A stretch of 32,353 nt of DNA, taken from Candidatus Aenigmatarchaeota archaeon. Lineage in GTDB: Archaea; Aenigmatarchaeota; Aenigmatarchaeia; CG10238-14; SpSt-28. How positions within the stretch are numbered: the stretch's first letter is position 1; every line of letters starts with the position of its first letter. The notes under the pieces were generated by a model. The model was not told the DNA's origin and ran no database searches. It worked only from the letters and a program-made list of their open reading frames with translations. Location: contig JAWBMD010000009.1 in assembly GCA_039000985.1 (NCBI GenBank), positions 1-32,353 on the forward strand, in the 5' to 3' direction. Positions 9,408 through 18,620 of this stretch are shown here, one piece after another. The translations under genes and the position numbers were made by a program.

Positions 9408-9777
9408 CTAAAACTTTTATTAGTTTTTTACAAAAGCTTATCATTTGTTTTGCTTCTTCGTTGGTATATTGAAATGGTAAATATCTTGCACCTATGTAAG
9501 CACCTTCCATATCTCCAATTAAAGTTAAATTTTTTATGAATAGTGAATTTAACTTTGGAAAAATTTTTATAACTTCTTTAAAAAGAAGCTTTAGTGAATG
9601 TGTTTTTGGATATTCTCCAACTTTCACAAAAAGAAAATATTTTAATATTAATTGGGAAGCTTGCTCACAATGAAATGCTGCCAAATCAAATTCTTTTCTT
9701 TTTATGTTTTCTTCAGCATTTTTTAAAAAGCTTAAAGCTCTTTTTCTTAAAATTTTCGCTTCTTCTATTTTCTTCAT
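9394..9777 (-). CDS. HEPN domain protein (COG2250-like)
   Basis: AAFHCEQASQLILK, YPKTHSL and YIGARY motifs; overlaps the MNT gene. Confidence 0.9.
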   Translation of the reverse strand: MKKIEEAKILRKRALSFLKNAEENIKRKEFDLAAFHCEQASQLILKYFLFVKVGEYPKTHSLKLLFKEVIKIFPKLNSLFIKNLTLIGDMEGAYIGARYLPFQYTNEEAKQMISFCKKLIKVLDEAL

Positions 9778-9825
9778 AATATAAACTTGTTTTTGAAATT
9801 TTTAAGAAAGTGTTTAAACAAATTT

Positions 9826-10267
9826 ATGAAGCTTGATGAGAAAGACAAGGATATTCTTAGGATTTTATAACAAAATGGAAATGAAAGCAAAAGATATAGC
9901 TAAAAAATAAATTTCCCAATAACTACAGTAGCTTCAAAAATAAAAAGGATGGAAAAAAGTGGAATAATAAAGGGTTACACAGCTATAGTTGATAATAAAG
10001 CTGTTAGTATACCAATAATGGCTTATGTTTTGATCTCATTTAGTAAGTCAAGCAAAGTTTCTCAAAAAGAATTGGCTAAAAAGCTCGCTGAATTTAAAGC
10101 ATAATATCTGGTGAATGGGATATTTTGCTTAAAGTAAAAGAAGAAAGTATTGAATCAATAGGTAATTTTGTTGTTGAAAAATTGAGAAATTTGGAAGGTA
10201 TAAAAAAACATTAACTCTAATAGTTTTGCATAATGAAAAAGATAGTTTAGAGGTTTTAATTAAATAG
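9826..10267 (+). pseudogene. Lrp/AsnC-family transcriptional regulator pseudogene
   Basis: Fragments MKLDEKDKDILRIL*QNG / MKAKDIAKK / INFPITTVASKIKRMEKSGIIKGYTAIVD...ELAKKLAEFK / IISGEWDILLKVKEESIESIGNFVVEKLRNLEGIKK / TLTLIVL; in-frame TAA at 9868-9870 plus several frameshifts. Confidence 0.9.
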
Positions 10268-11459
10268 CTTTATATTCTTCATTTATTATAACATTATTTT
10301 TTTCTAACCATTCAAAAATTCTATCTATAATTTTTATTGCTAAGGCTTCTGGTGGAATAACTCCATAAATTCTTCTTCTAAATGAAAATTTGATAAAAGC
10401 TACTACACAAAGACCAGCTGGGTAAGAAATGTATGTCGCATTTGGCAATAATTTATTAACTTCTTTTTGGCTTGGAAATATAACATATTTTTTTGCCAGA
10501 ATTTTTTTATTTTTTAGATAACCATATACCTCAGTAAAGCATCCGAAAAATCCATTTTCAAAAATACCTTTTTCCATCATTTTCTTTATTTGATTACCTG
10601 TATGTGCAGATGGAATTATAGAATATAAAAAATCTCTTGGGAGAATATTTACTTTTTTTATTTTTGTTGGCTTATTTTTGAAAAATCCTAATCTATAAAA
10701 AGTTCTAAGTGTTTCTATATCACTACCAGCAGCTTTGATATCAAGATTTTTCATTTTTATGTAATGTGGTAATGTATAAGCTTCATCATGTGAAAGCAAA
10801 TAACAATAAAGTTTACCAAATGGAGGAGGAAATTCATAAACTTCAACTTCACTAAATGGTTCTTTAAATTTAAATTTCCCCTTTCTATATACCAAAGCTT
10901 TTGAAACTATTTCAAAGAGGTCATCTTTAGACCAAGAAATTATGAATTCACTACCTTTTTGTTCCTCTAAATTTCTTATTTTTACACTATCTACTAAATC
11001 TACTTCTGAAGCACTTTTAGAAACCATTATATTTGTTAATCCAGGAGATGCACCAGTGTTTATTAAGCCAAGTAATTTTTCTTTTTCAAATTTTTCATTA
11101 AAAGCTAAAGTTTCTGGCGTATAATTTTTATCATTTCCATAACAAGCCATATCTAAATAATTTATCCCTGCTTCAAGAGCAGCTTCAATAACTTTAATAT
11201 TGTATAAAATATCATGACCCCTCCATCTAAAATGTGTTGGTAATGCATTAATTACTAAATCAAAGTTTTTTATGTTTGAATGCAAATCTTTTTTGCTTCT
11301 GGCATTTATTTTTTTTATATCAAAACCTCCCCCTAAAAATTTTTTTACCTTTTCAATATTTCTATCAAAACAAACTATTTCACTTACAAATTTCTCTTTC
11401 TTTAACAATTTAGCAATTACAGAACCAGTAATACCGCAACCTATAATACCTATTCTCAT
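10260..11459 (-). CDS. Saccharopine dehydrogenase / carboxy(nor)spermidine dehydrogenase-family oxidoreductase
   Basis: Rossmann IGIIGCGITG, VINALP, YLDMA, GASPGLTN, HDEAYTLP, GVIPPEAL. Confidence 0.85.
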   Translation of the reverse strand: MRIGIIGCGITGSVIAKLLKKEKFVSEIVCFDRNIEKVKKFLGGGFDIKKINARSKKDLHSNIKNFDLVINALPTHFRWRGHDILYNIKVIEAALEAGINYLDMACYGNDKNYTPETLAFNEKFEKEKLLGLINTGASPGLTNIMVSKSASEVDLVDSVKIRNLEEQKGSEFIISWSKDDLFEIVSKALVYRKGKFKFKEPFSEVEVYEFPPPFGKLYCYLLSHDEAYTLPHYIKMKNLDIKAAGSDIETLRTFYRLGFFKNKPTKIKKVNILPRDFLYSIIPSAHTGNQIKKMMEKGIFENGFFGCFTEVYGYLKNKKILAKKYVIFPSQKEVNKLLPNATYISYPAGLCVVAFIKFSFRRRIYGVIPPEALAIKIIDRIFEWLEKNNVIINEEYKAI

Positions 11460-12340
11460 ATACTAAAGTTAACAGAAAATTTCTTATAGTCAAATATTTC
11501 TAAGCTATCGTAATCTTGCCCATAACTTAAAAAAAGAATTGGTTTTTTGAATAAATAGCAAGCTGTAAGAATATTACCACCTTTATTATTTATATCTAGC
11601 TTTGTAAAGCAAAGACAATCTATTCCAACTTCTTCAAAAAAGTTTATTTGGTTTATTACATCATTTCCTACTAAAGAATCTAAAACAAGGACTTTTAAAT
11701 CTGGTTTATTAACTCTAACTATTTTTTTCATTTCATCTAAAAGGTTTTTATTTGTATGCATTCTTCCAGCTGTATCTGCTAGAACAAAATCTATTTTATT
11801 AGATTTAGCATAATTTAAAGCATCAAATATTACTGCAGCTGGATCAGCTCCATATTTGTGCTTTATTAATTTTACATTTAATCTATTACAATGTTCTTCC
11901 AATTGCTCAATAGAAGCTGCTCTAAAAGTATCTGCAGCAGCTATACAAACAGATTTATTTCTTTTCATTAAATACTTCACTACTTTTGCTATTAATGTTG
12001 TTTTTCCCGATCCATTATAACCAAAAAACACAATTAAAAATGGTTTTTTTGTTTCTGATAGCTTTATTATATCTATAGTACCAACATTAAGTATATCTTC
12101 TATTGTTTTATTTATTGTTTGAATTATAATTTCTTTACTTTTCCCCCTTTCTACTTTTTTTCCTTTTAATTGGCTTTTTAATTCACTTTCAATCTTTTCA
12201 AGGACATCTATATTTACATCAGCACTTAAAAATTCTTCATAGTTTTCCTCAAATATTTTTGATATTTCTTCTTCATTTATTTCCTTTTCAGTTATCTTAG
12301 AAACTATGTTTGATAGTTTTTCCTTGAAAATCTTAAACAT
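11456..12340 (-). CDS. ftsY: SRP receptor GTPase FtsY (NG domain only)
   Basis: GYNGSGKTT, DTFRAASIEQL, DTAGR, TKLD and GQDY motifs; no M domain. Confidence 0.95.
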   Translation of the reverse strand: MFKIFKEKLSNIVSKITEKEINEEEISKIFEENYEEFLSADVNIDVLEKIESELKSQLKGKKVERGKSKEIIIQTINKTIEDILNVGTIDIIKLSETKKPFLIVFFGYNGSGKTTLIAKVVKYLMKRNKSVCIAAADTFRAASIEQLEEHCNRLNVKLIKHKYGADPAAVIFDALNYAKSNKIDFVLADTAGRMHTNKNLLDEMKKIVRVNKPDLKVLVLDSLVGNDVINQINFFEEVGIDCLCFTKLDINNKGGNILTACYLFKKPILFLSYGQDYDSLEIFDYKKFSVNFSI

Positions 12341-12367
12341 AAATAGTTTTTCTATTATATATTTTTT

Positions 12368-12808
12368 ATGAATCTCGAAAAACCATTAAAGATATATATT
12401 TCAGGACCATATTCCGGAAATAGTCCAAGGGAAGTAAATAATAATGTAGTGGAAGCAATCAATTATTACCTAATTATATTAAAAAAAGGGCATTTTCCAT
12501 ACTTACCACATCTAACACATTATCCATACATATATTCCAAAGAAGAAATACCGTATATTGTTTGGCTTATACAAGATGCTATATGGCTAAGAGAATGTGA
12601 CGCAATTTTCATGATGCCCGGATGGGAAAAAAGTAGAGGTGCTAAATTCGAGCATTGGGCTGCACAAAAAATAGGGAAAAAAATTTTTTATAATATTGAT
12701 GAAATACCACAATCAAAAGGTTATGATGAGCAAGTTGAAAATCTTATTAAAGAATATTCTCAAGAATTTTATGAATTATTTAGGAAAAGCTTTTTAAAGA
12801 GTAAATAA
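12368..12808 (+). CDS. DUF4406/DUF1937-like protein with nucleoside 2-deoxyribosyltransferase fold
   Basis: KIYISGPYS...CDAIFMMPGWEKSRGAKFE motif. Confidence 0.8.
   Translation: MNLEKPLKIYISGPYSGNSPREVNNNVVEAINYYLIILKKGHFPYLPHLTHYPYIYSKEEIPYIVWLIQDAIWLRECDAIFMMPGWEKSRGAKFEHWAAQKIGKKIFYNIDEIPQSKGYDEQVENLIKEYSQEFYELFRKSFLKSK
12783..12798 (+). promoter_or_regulatory. Candidate BRE-TATA promoter of tRNA-Ala
   Basis: GGAAAAGC-TTTTTAAA, with the TATA at -31 to -24 relative to tRNA G1 (12822); lies inside the 3' end of the upstream CDS. Confidence 0.5.
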
Positions 12809-12821
12809 AATTTTCATATAT

Positions 12822-12893
12822 GGGCCGGTAGATCAATGGTAGATCGCCGCTCTTGCAAAGCGGAGGCTCCGGGTTCAAATCCCGGCCGGTCCA
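12822..12893 (+). tRNA. tRNA-Ala(UGC), CCA not encoded
   Basis: Acceptor GGGCCGG/CCGGTCC with G3:U70; D arm GATC/GATC; anticodon arm CCGCT-CTTGCAA-AGCGG; T arm CCGGG-TTCAAAT-CCCGG. Confidence 0.97.
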
Positions 12894-12928
12894 CAATAAA
12901 GACAGAAGCAGTTATTAGGAACAATGGT

Positions 12929-13207
12929 TTATCCAAACAAAGCTGCTAATCCTGCACTTACATCTACTTCCTTTTTTTCCTCCTTTTTCTCTTCCTCCTT
13001 TTTTTCTGGTTGAGCAATTGTTTGTGGTAATATAGCTGCACTTTTTATAGCTTCATCTATATTTATGTTTTGTAGAGCCGAAACCAAAACTTTTATTTTT
13101 GCTTCATCTATATTTATATCTAAACTACTAAGTACTTTTTTAATATTTTCTTCATTTATTTCTTTTTTAGCTTCATGTAACATTAAAGCAGCATATACTT
13201 CTATCAT
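12929..13207 (-). CDS. rpl12: 50S ribosomal stalk protein L12/P1
   Basis: VYAALMLH...[10 protein letters not shown], acidic hinge, C-terminal GLAALFG. Confidence 0.95.
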   Translation of the reverse strand: MIEVYAALMLHEAKKEINEENIKKVLSSLDINIDEAKIKVLVSALQNINIDEAIKSAAILPQTIAQPEKKEEEKKEEKKEVDVSAGLAALFG

Positions 13208-13956
13208 TTTGGCAATAAATTAGATATAGCTAAACTATTTAAAAATGCTTTTTGTATTAAATATGTAATGTTTTTTTCTGTTGGGTAATTTATGTTTAAA
13301 GTTAAATTAAATGCATTTTTATAATGTGTTGGTATGTAATTGCTGATTTCATTATGAATACTTAAAGTATTTTTATTAATCCACATCCCATCTTTAAAAA
13401 GAGAAAGTATGTTTAGCTTTATTTCTATTGGTTTTATTTTGAATTTTTGTAGAACAGATGCTTTATCAGAATTTATAATTTCATCTTTTTTTACAAGCAA
13501 AAAATCTTCTTTTACAGCAATTTTACCTTTATCAACGCCAACTTTTAAACCAACTTTGCTTAGCTCAGAAATAACAGGACCAGGAGCTAATTCAGTTGGA
13601 CCAGCTTTTATCCAAATATCGTTTGGAGCAATATCTCCAGCTTTGGCAAATCTGTAAATGGATATTTTACTTATAATACCATACATTTTTAATGAATCTT
13701 CATTTGTAAATATTATACCAAGCATATTTGGAAGGTTATTTTTTATTTTATCAAAAGTATTTTCATTTTCAACAACTTTTAAAAATATTCTTTTTTTTAC
13801 ACATGTTAATATTGAGTTAAATTTTTTCAACTCTTCTTGAATTTTTTTATAAATTATTGATGGGGTTAAATACAAATCAATTATAATATAGTTTTTGTAT
13901 TTACTTAAAAGGTTTCTTATTCTTTCAGCTTCTTTTAATTTTCTTTCACTTACCAT
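13204..13956 (-). CDS. rplP0: 50S ribosomal protein uL10/P0
   Basis: [24 protein letters not shown] domain II; lies between L1 and L12. Confidence 0.93.
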   Translation of the reverse strand: MVSERKLKEAERIRNLLSKYKNYIIIDLYLTPSIIYKKIQEELKKFNSILTCVKKRIFLKVVENENTFDKIKNNLPNMLGIIFTNEDSLKMYGIISKISIYRFAKAGDIAPNDIWIKAGPTELAPGPVISELSKVGLKVGVDKGKIAVKEDFLLVKKDEIINSDKASVLQKFKIKPIEIKLNILSLFKDGMWINKNTLSIHNEISNYIPTHYKNAFNLTLNINYPTEKNITYLIQKAFLNSLAISNLLPK

Positions 13957-14566
13957 GCTTAAATATAGTAATCGGTTTGCTCATTGTTTTTTTAATTAAA
14001 ATTTCTTTTATTCTATTTACATCAAATTTAGAGGCTATATAATTAACAACACTAATTATATTTTCTGTAATAATTTTTGGTTCATCATTTTCAATTCCAA
14101 CATAGCATTGAATTTGTGGGTTATCTTTTATTCTTAATCTAACATATTTTTCAGCTTCTTCAATTAGCTTATTTATATCACCACTTATAATCTTAGGCAT
14201 TTTACCTCTTGGTCCTAATGTCATTCCTAAATGCTTTCCAACTAATGTCATTAATTTTGCATCAGCCAAAAAAACATCTATATTTTTAGCTAATTTTTTT
14301 GCATCTCTTTTGCTCATTTTTTGGATTTCTTCACTATTAATTACTTTAACATTCTCTTTATTAACTTCTTTTATCGAATCACTAAATATACATATTTTGT
14401 TTTTTTTAGTTTTGTATGGTAATGGAAATAGTTCATTTATTCTATTCTCTGGCTTTTTAACATCTAAATTAATATTTATTATTAGCTCTATTGTTTGTGT
14501 AAATTTTCTTTTCTCCAAATTCAATAGCTCTATAACTCTTTTTTCTATTTCTGCTTGGTTGAGCAT
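13946..14566 (-). CDS. rpl1: 50S ribosomal protein uL1
   Basis: KRKFTQTIELIIN, LGPRGKMPK and KKTMSKP motifs. Confidence 0.95.
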   Translation of the reverse strand: MLNQAEIEKRVIELLNLEKRKFTQTIELIININLDVKKPENRINELFPLPYKTKKNKICIFSDSIKEVNKENVKVINSEEIQKMSKRDAKKLAKNIDVFLADAKLMTLVGKHLGMTLGPRGKMPKIISGDINKLIEEAEKYVRLRIKDNPQIQCYVGIENDEPKIITENIISVVNYIASKFDVNRIKEILIKKTMSKPITIFKHGK

Positions 14567-14596
14567 ACTAAAATTTTATAAATACAAATATTAAAT

Positions 14597-15430
14597 ATGC
14601 TCATAAGAGAACCAGCTGCAGCAGGTTCATTTTATAGTTTAGATAAGGAAAGCTTGCTAAAACAAATTGAAAATAGCATTTTTAAACGTGAATTTTCCCC
14701 CCAAACTATTAAAAAAGAAAGCTTTAAGGTATGTGTTGTTCCACATGCAGGTTATGATTATTCTGGCCCAATAGCTGCACATGTTTACTCAAGAATAGAA
14801 AAAGCTAACTATATAATAATTGGTCCTAATCATTATGGAAAGGGAAGCAAATTTTCTATTTATAAAAAGGGTATGTGGAAAACTCCTCTTGGTGGAATTC
14901 TTGTTGATGAAGAAGGTAGTGATGAGTTAATGAAAAGCAATAGTTTATTAGATTTTGATGTTTTGGCACATGAAAATGAACATTCTATAGAGGTTCAATT
15001 GCCATTTTTACAATTTAGATTTGGGAGCGATTTCAAAATCATTCCTATTTCTGTATTGAATGAATTTCCAGACGATGAATTATTAAAAGAATGTAAAAGC
15101 ATTGGTACAACAATAGCTTCTTTTATTAAAAAAAGGAATTACATTTTGATTTGTTCAACAGATTTATCTCATTATTTGCCATATGAGCAATGTGTAGAAA
15201 AAGATAAAAAAGCTTTAGATGCTATAAAAAAATTAAATGGAAAAATATTTTTTGAAGTATTGAGAAAGGAAAATATAAATGCATGTGGTTTTGGGCCAGT
15301 TGCTATAGCAATTACTGTTGCTAAAAAATTGGGCAACAAAAAAGCTTTAGTTTTAAAATATGCAAATAGTGGTGATGTAACTAAAGATAAAAAAGTTAAT
15401 GTTGGTTATTCAGCAATTATTTTCAAGTAA
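14597..15430 (+). CDS. MEMO1-family protein (AmmeMemoRadiSam protein B)
   Basis: REPAAAGSFY, PHAGYDYSG, GPNH, EHSIEVQLPFLQ, STDLSHY, CGFGP, NSGD. Confidence 0.93.
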   Translation: MLIREPAAAGSFYSLDKESLLKQIENSIFKREFSPQTIKKESFKVCVVPHAGYDYSGPIAAHVYSRIEKANYIIIGPNHYGKGSKFSIYKKGMWKTPLGGILVDEEGSDELMKSNSLLDFDVLAHENEHSIEVQLPFLQFRFGSDFKIIPISVLNEFPDDELLKECKSIGTTIASFIKKRNYILICSTDLSHYLPYEQCVEKDKKALDAIKKLNGKIFFEVLRKENINACGFGPVAIAITVAKKLGNKKALVLKYANSGDVTKDKKVNVGYSAIIFK

Positions 15431-15924
15431 AATTTCTTGCTTATCACATTTTCCAAGCCAATTTTTTTAATTACCAAAGCATCAATCTTTTTTTCTCTAA
15501 CGCTTTCAAAAATACTCCAAGGATAAATTATCCAATTATTGTTTTTCATTTTCATTCCAACATAGTTCGGTTTAAATATACTCCTTGGTTTCAAATGTAG
15601 GCAAGCAGTTCTTATTTCCTTGGTTTTCATTTTCTTTAAAATTTTTATTGCTTTTTTAAAAGTTTTTCCACTATCACATACTTCATCAACTAACAAAACT
15701 TTTTTATTTTTTAATCCATTAATATTACATGGCTTTTCTTTAATGTATAAAACTTTTACATTAATATTGTTTAACACATCAGAAATTATCAATGCAGGTA
15801 TTATACCCCATCTATGAATACCAACTATAACATCTGGATTAAATTTTGAATCTATTATTTTTTCACAAATTTTATATGTTAGTTTTAATATTTCGATCCA
15901 ATTAATTATAGTTAATTTTTTCAT
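15406..15924 (-). CDS. Type I phosphoribosyltransferase (purine salvage-like); start reassigned to MKKLTIINW
   Basis: FNPDVIVGI, PRPP loop VLLVDEVCDSGKT, WIIYPW; ATG at 15924 avoids overlap with arcC. Confidence 0.85.
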   Translation of the reverse strand: MKKLTIINWIEILKLTYKICEKIIDSKFNPDVIVGIHRWGIIPALIISDVLNNINVKVLYIKEKPCNINGLKNKKVLLVDEVCDSGKTFKKAIKILKKMKTKEIRTACLHLKPRSIFKPNYVGMKMKNNNWIIYPWSIFESVREKKIDALVIKKIGLENVISKKFYLKIIAE

Positions 15925-15934
15925 AAATTTATTT

Positions 15935-16807
15935 ATGAGGTTTGTTATATGTTTTGGAGGTAATGCAATTGGTACATCTAAGGATACTCCAGCTAAGCAA
16001 ATAGAGAAAATAGAAAGCACAATTTTTCAATTAAAGGATATTTTGGAAAAAGAAGAAGTTGTTTTGATCCATGGTAATGGAAGTCAAGTTGGAAATTTGT
16101 TATTACAGCAAGAAAGTTGTACAGAAGTACCAAAGCTATCTTTAGATACTTTAGATGCTATGACACAAGGTCAAATTGGTTATTGGTTACTTCAATCCAT
16201 AGAGAACATTGTAAAAAGAAAATGTTGTATTATATTGACTAGGGTTTTAGTTGATATGAATTCTAATATATCGCTCAAACCAGTAGGACCATTTTACCAT
16301 GAAAAAATACTTGAAAACATGGTTTATGTTCCTAAAAGAGGTTATAGAAGAGTTGTTCCATCCCCAAAACCAGTAAAAATTTTAGAGATAGATATTATTA
16401 AAAATTTTTTGAAGAAAGGATTTTTAGTAATAGCTGGTGGTGGAGGAGGCATTCCTGTTATAGAAAATGGTAATAAATTAATTGGTGTTGAAGCCGTTGT
16501 CGATAAAGATTATACAAGTGAGTTGATAGCAAGCGAGATAAAGGCAGATATTTTGTTGTTTTTAACTGATGTAGATGGAGTTGAAATAAATTATGGTAAA
16601 GAAAATCAAACAAAATTAGATTTAATTAATGTTGAAGAAGCCGAGAAATATTTGTTAGATAATCAATTTGGAGAGGGAAGAATGAAACCAAAAATAGAAG
16701 CTTGTATAAGTTTTTTGAGAAAAGGTGGTAAAAAATGCATAATAACTTTACCAGAAAAAGTTAAAGAAGCATTGAATGGAAAATCAGGAACTACTATAAT
16801 TCCTTAA
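15935..16807 (+). CDS. arcC: Carbamate kinase
   Basis: GGNA, HGNGSQVG, KPVGPFY, YRRVVPSPKP, GGGGIPV, GVEAVVDKD. Confidence 0.93.
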   Translation: MRFVICFGGNAIGTSKDTPAKQIEKIESTIFQLKDILEKEEVVLIHGNGSQVGNLLLQQESCTEVPKLSLDTLDAMTQGQIGYWLLQSIENIVKRKCCIILTRVLVDMNSNISLKPVGPFYHEKILENMVYVPKRGYRRVVPSPKPVKILEIDIIKNFLKKGFLVIAGGGGGIPVIENGNKLIGVEAVVDKDYTSELIASEIKADILLFLTDVDGVEINYGKENQTKLDLINVEEAEKYLLDNQFGEGRMKPKIEACISFLRKGGKKCIITLPEKVKEALNGKSGTTIIP

Positions 16808-18590
16808 ATATTTTTAACTCTTTTTTGTTTACTATACTTTTTAGCAATTCGCTACCAATTTTTGAATCTTTTGAAAATTTAATCTCTCCATTACTACCAA
16901 TTATAGCAGAAGCTAGAAAATTTTTATCTATATATATTGAAATTGATTTGTTAGCAAGCTCTTTTGGAAATTTCAACACAATATTATTACCTCTTTCATA
17001 AGTTTCGTAATTTAACAATTCTCCAATAGACGGGGTTTTTGGTTTTATTTCTATTTTTATTCCAATTTCATTTTCAATTTTTTTAATTGTTGTTCCATTT
17101 TTTCCAATTACCAATGGAATTTTTTCATTATCTATTTCAACAACGCATTTATCATCAGAAATTATTTCAACTTTTGCATTTTTATCAAATCTTTTAAAAA
17201 AGTTTAAAATTTGCTTGCTTGCTAACTTCATTATTGCAGATTCTTCTTTTTTAGCAGGAACTATTATGTTTTCTTCTCCAAATGAGTAAATTTCATATTC
17301 CAAATTATTTGTTTCAAAATCTCTAACTTCGACAATTGGTCTTGCCAAATCTTCATCTTTCATGCCAGTAGGAATTCTAACAGTTATACTTACACTATAA
17401 ACTTTTTTTATTTCTCCATTTTGAATGAAAATTATAGTATCTATAACGTAAGGTAACATACCAAGTTCAACTCTTGATAAAAATCTTTGGATTGCATCTA
17501 ATGGTGAGCTAGCATGTACAACACCAACCATTCCTATACCAGCTAATCTTAAATCTGAAAAAACTTGAAAATCTTTGGTTTTTCTAATTTCATCAAATAT
17601 AACAAAATCTGGTCTAACTAGCAATAAAATATCACTTGTTTTTTCAAAATCCCCTTCTAATGGAGCATATTGTGTTATTTCCTCACTTACTTGCATATCT
17701 CTTGGAGATTCTAAGGTTTTAACTATTTTATTCATTTTTCTATAAAACTCAGCTAAGCTTGCAGCAAATGTGCTTTTTCCAGAACCAGGAGAACCACAAA
17801 TTAATATACCCTCAGCCCTTTCTTTTAATCTATTTATGAGTTTTTCAGATAGTTTATAATCTTCTAAGGTAAGTTTAACTATTGGTCTAACTATTGTAAC
17901 TTCTAAGCCATCAGAAAAAGGAGGTCTTGCTATTGATATTCTATAATTTCCAATTTGAACAACCATAGCACCACTTTTTATGATTTCTAGATAAGCATCA
18001 TTTCTAACTCTTGTTGCATCTAAAATTTCTTTTATCATTTTTTCTATTTCTTCAGCATTAATTTTTTTCTCAGTAACTTTAACAAGCTTAAAGTTTCCTG
18101 GTTTTCCCTCTTTTGCATATATTTCTACATTTTCTTTTATATGTAAAACAGTAGTTTCTTCTCTAAAAAATTTTTCAAATGATAATTTTTCAATTGTTTG
18201 AGCAGATGGGAAATATTTAACATCAATACCTTCGCTTTCAGCAACTAAAGCTTGAACATAATCGCTAGTTACCAAAGTGGTATTTTCTTTTCTGGCAACA
18301 TTTATTATTAAAGAATCTATTCTTCCACTTCTAGCAAGCTTTATATCTTCTAAGCTTGGTCTTTCTCCCAAAAACTTTATTTTTATTTTTTTGGTTTCAG
18401 AAATACTTCTTATTTTTTTTATTTCATTTAATCCAATAAAACCAGTTTCTCTTCCTTTAGATGCTTGGTTTTGTAATTCATCTAAAACAGCTAATGGAAT
18501 TATTATCTCTTTTATTTTTTCTTCTTCTATTAGTTTACTAACAATGCCATCTATTAGTGCGCTTGTATCGCAAACAATTTTCGATTTCAT
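16794..18590 (-). CDS. PIN - VirB11/PilT-like ATPase - KH protein (PINA, Holliday junction branch-migration ATPase family)
   Basis: PIN domain (CDTSALIDG), Walker A GSPGSGKST, RPDFVIFDEIR, GVVHAS, KH motif VIGKNG. Confidence 0.9.
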   Translation of the reverse strand: MKSKIVCDTSALIDGIVSKLIEEEKIKEIIIPLAVLDELQNQASKGRETGFIGLNEIKKIRSISETKKIKIKFLGERPSLEDIKLARSGRIDSLIINVARKENTTLVTSDYVQALVAESEGIDVKYFPSAQTIEKLSFEKFFREETTVLHIKENVEIYAKEGKPGNFKLVKVTEKKINAEEIEKMIKEILDATRVRNDAYLEIIKSGAMVVQIGNYRISIARPPFSDGLEVTIVRPIVKLTLEDYKLSEKLINRLKERAEGILICGSPGSGKSTFAASLAEFYRKMNKIVKTLESPRDMQVSEEITQYAPLEGDFEKTSDILLLVRPDFVIFDEIRKTKDFQVFSDLRLAGIGMVGVVHASSPLDAIQRFLSRVELGMLPYVIDTIIFIQNGEIKKVYSVSITVRIPTGMKDEDLARPIVEVRDFETNNLEYEIYSFGEENIIVPAKKEESAIMKLASKQILNFFKRFDKNAKVEIISDDKCVVEIDNEKIPLVIGKNGTTIKKIENEIGIKIEIKPKTPSIGELLNYETYERGNNIVLKFPKELANKSISIYIDKNFLASAIIGSNGEIKFSKDSKIGSELLKSIVNKKELKIFKEL

Positions 18591-18620
18591 AAATTTAAAT
18601 TTAATACCAAAAATAAAATT

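Noticed and set aside
9826..10267. Programmed frameshifting or recoding of the Lrp gene
   Set aside because: Too many independent lesions, including a nonsense codon and a deletion; decay is the simpler explanation
12894..12928. Possible att site or small RNA after tRNA-Ala
   Set aside because: No duplicated tRNA 3' end, no integrase and no convincing structure seen
15925..16020. 32-aa N-terminal extension of the PRTase in the ORF track
   Set aside because: Overlaps the conserved carbamate kinase N-terminus on the other strand; ATG 15924 gives a normal PRTase length
16794..18590. PINA as the pilus ATPase for the TadB/C-like pair
   Set aside because: The PIN-ATPase-KH architecture is the conserved archaeal PINA family, not a secretion ATPase
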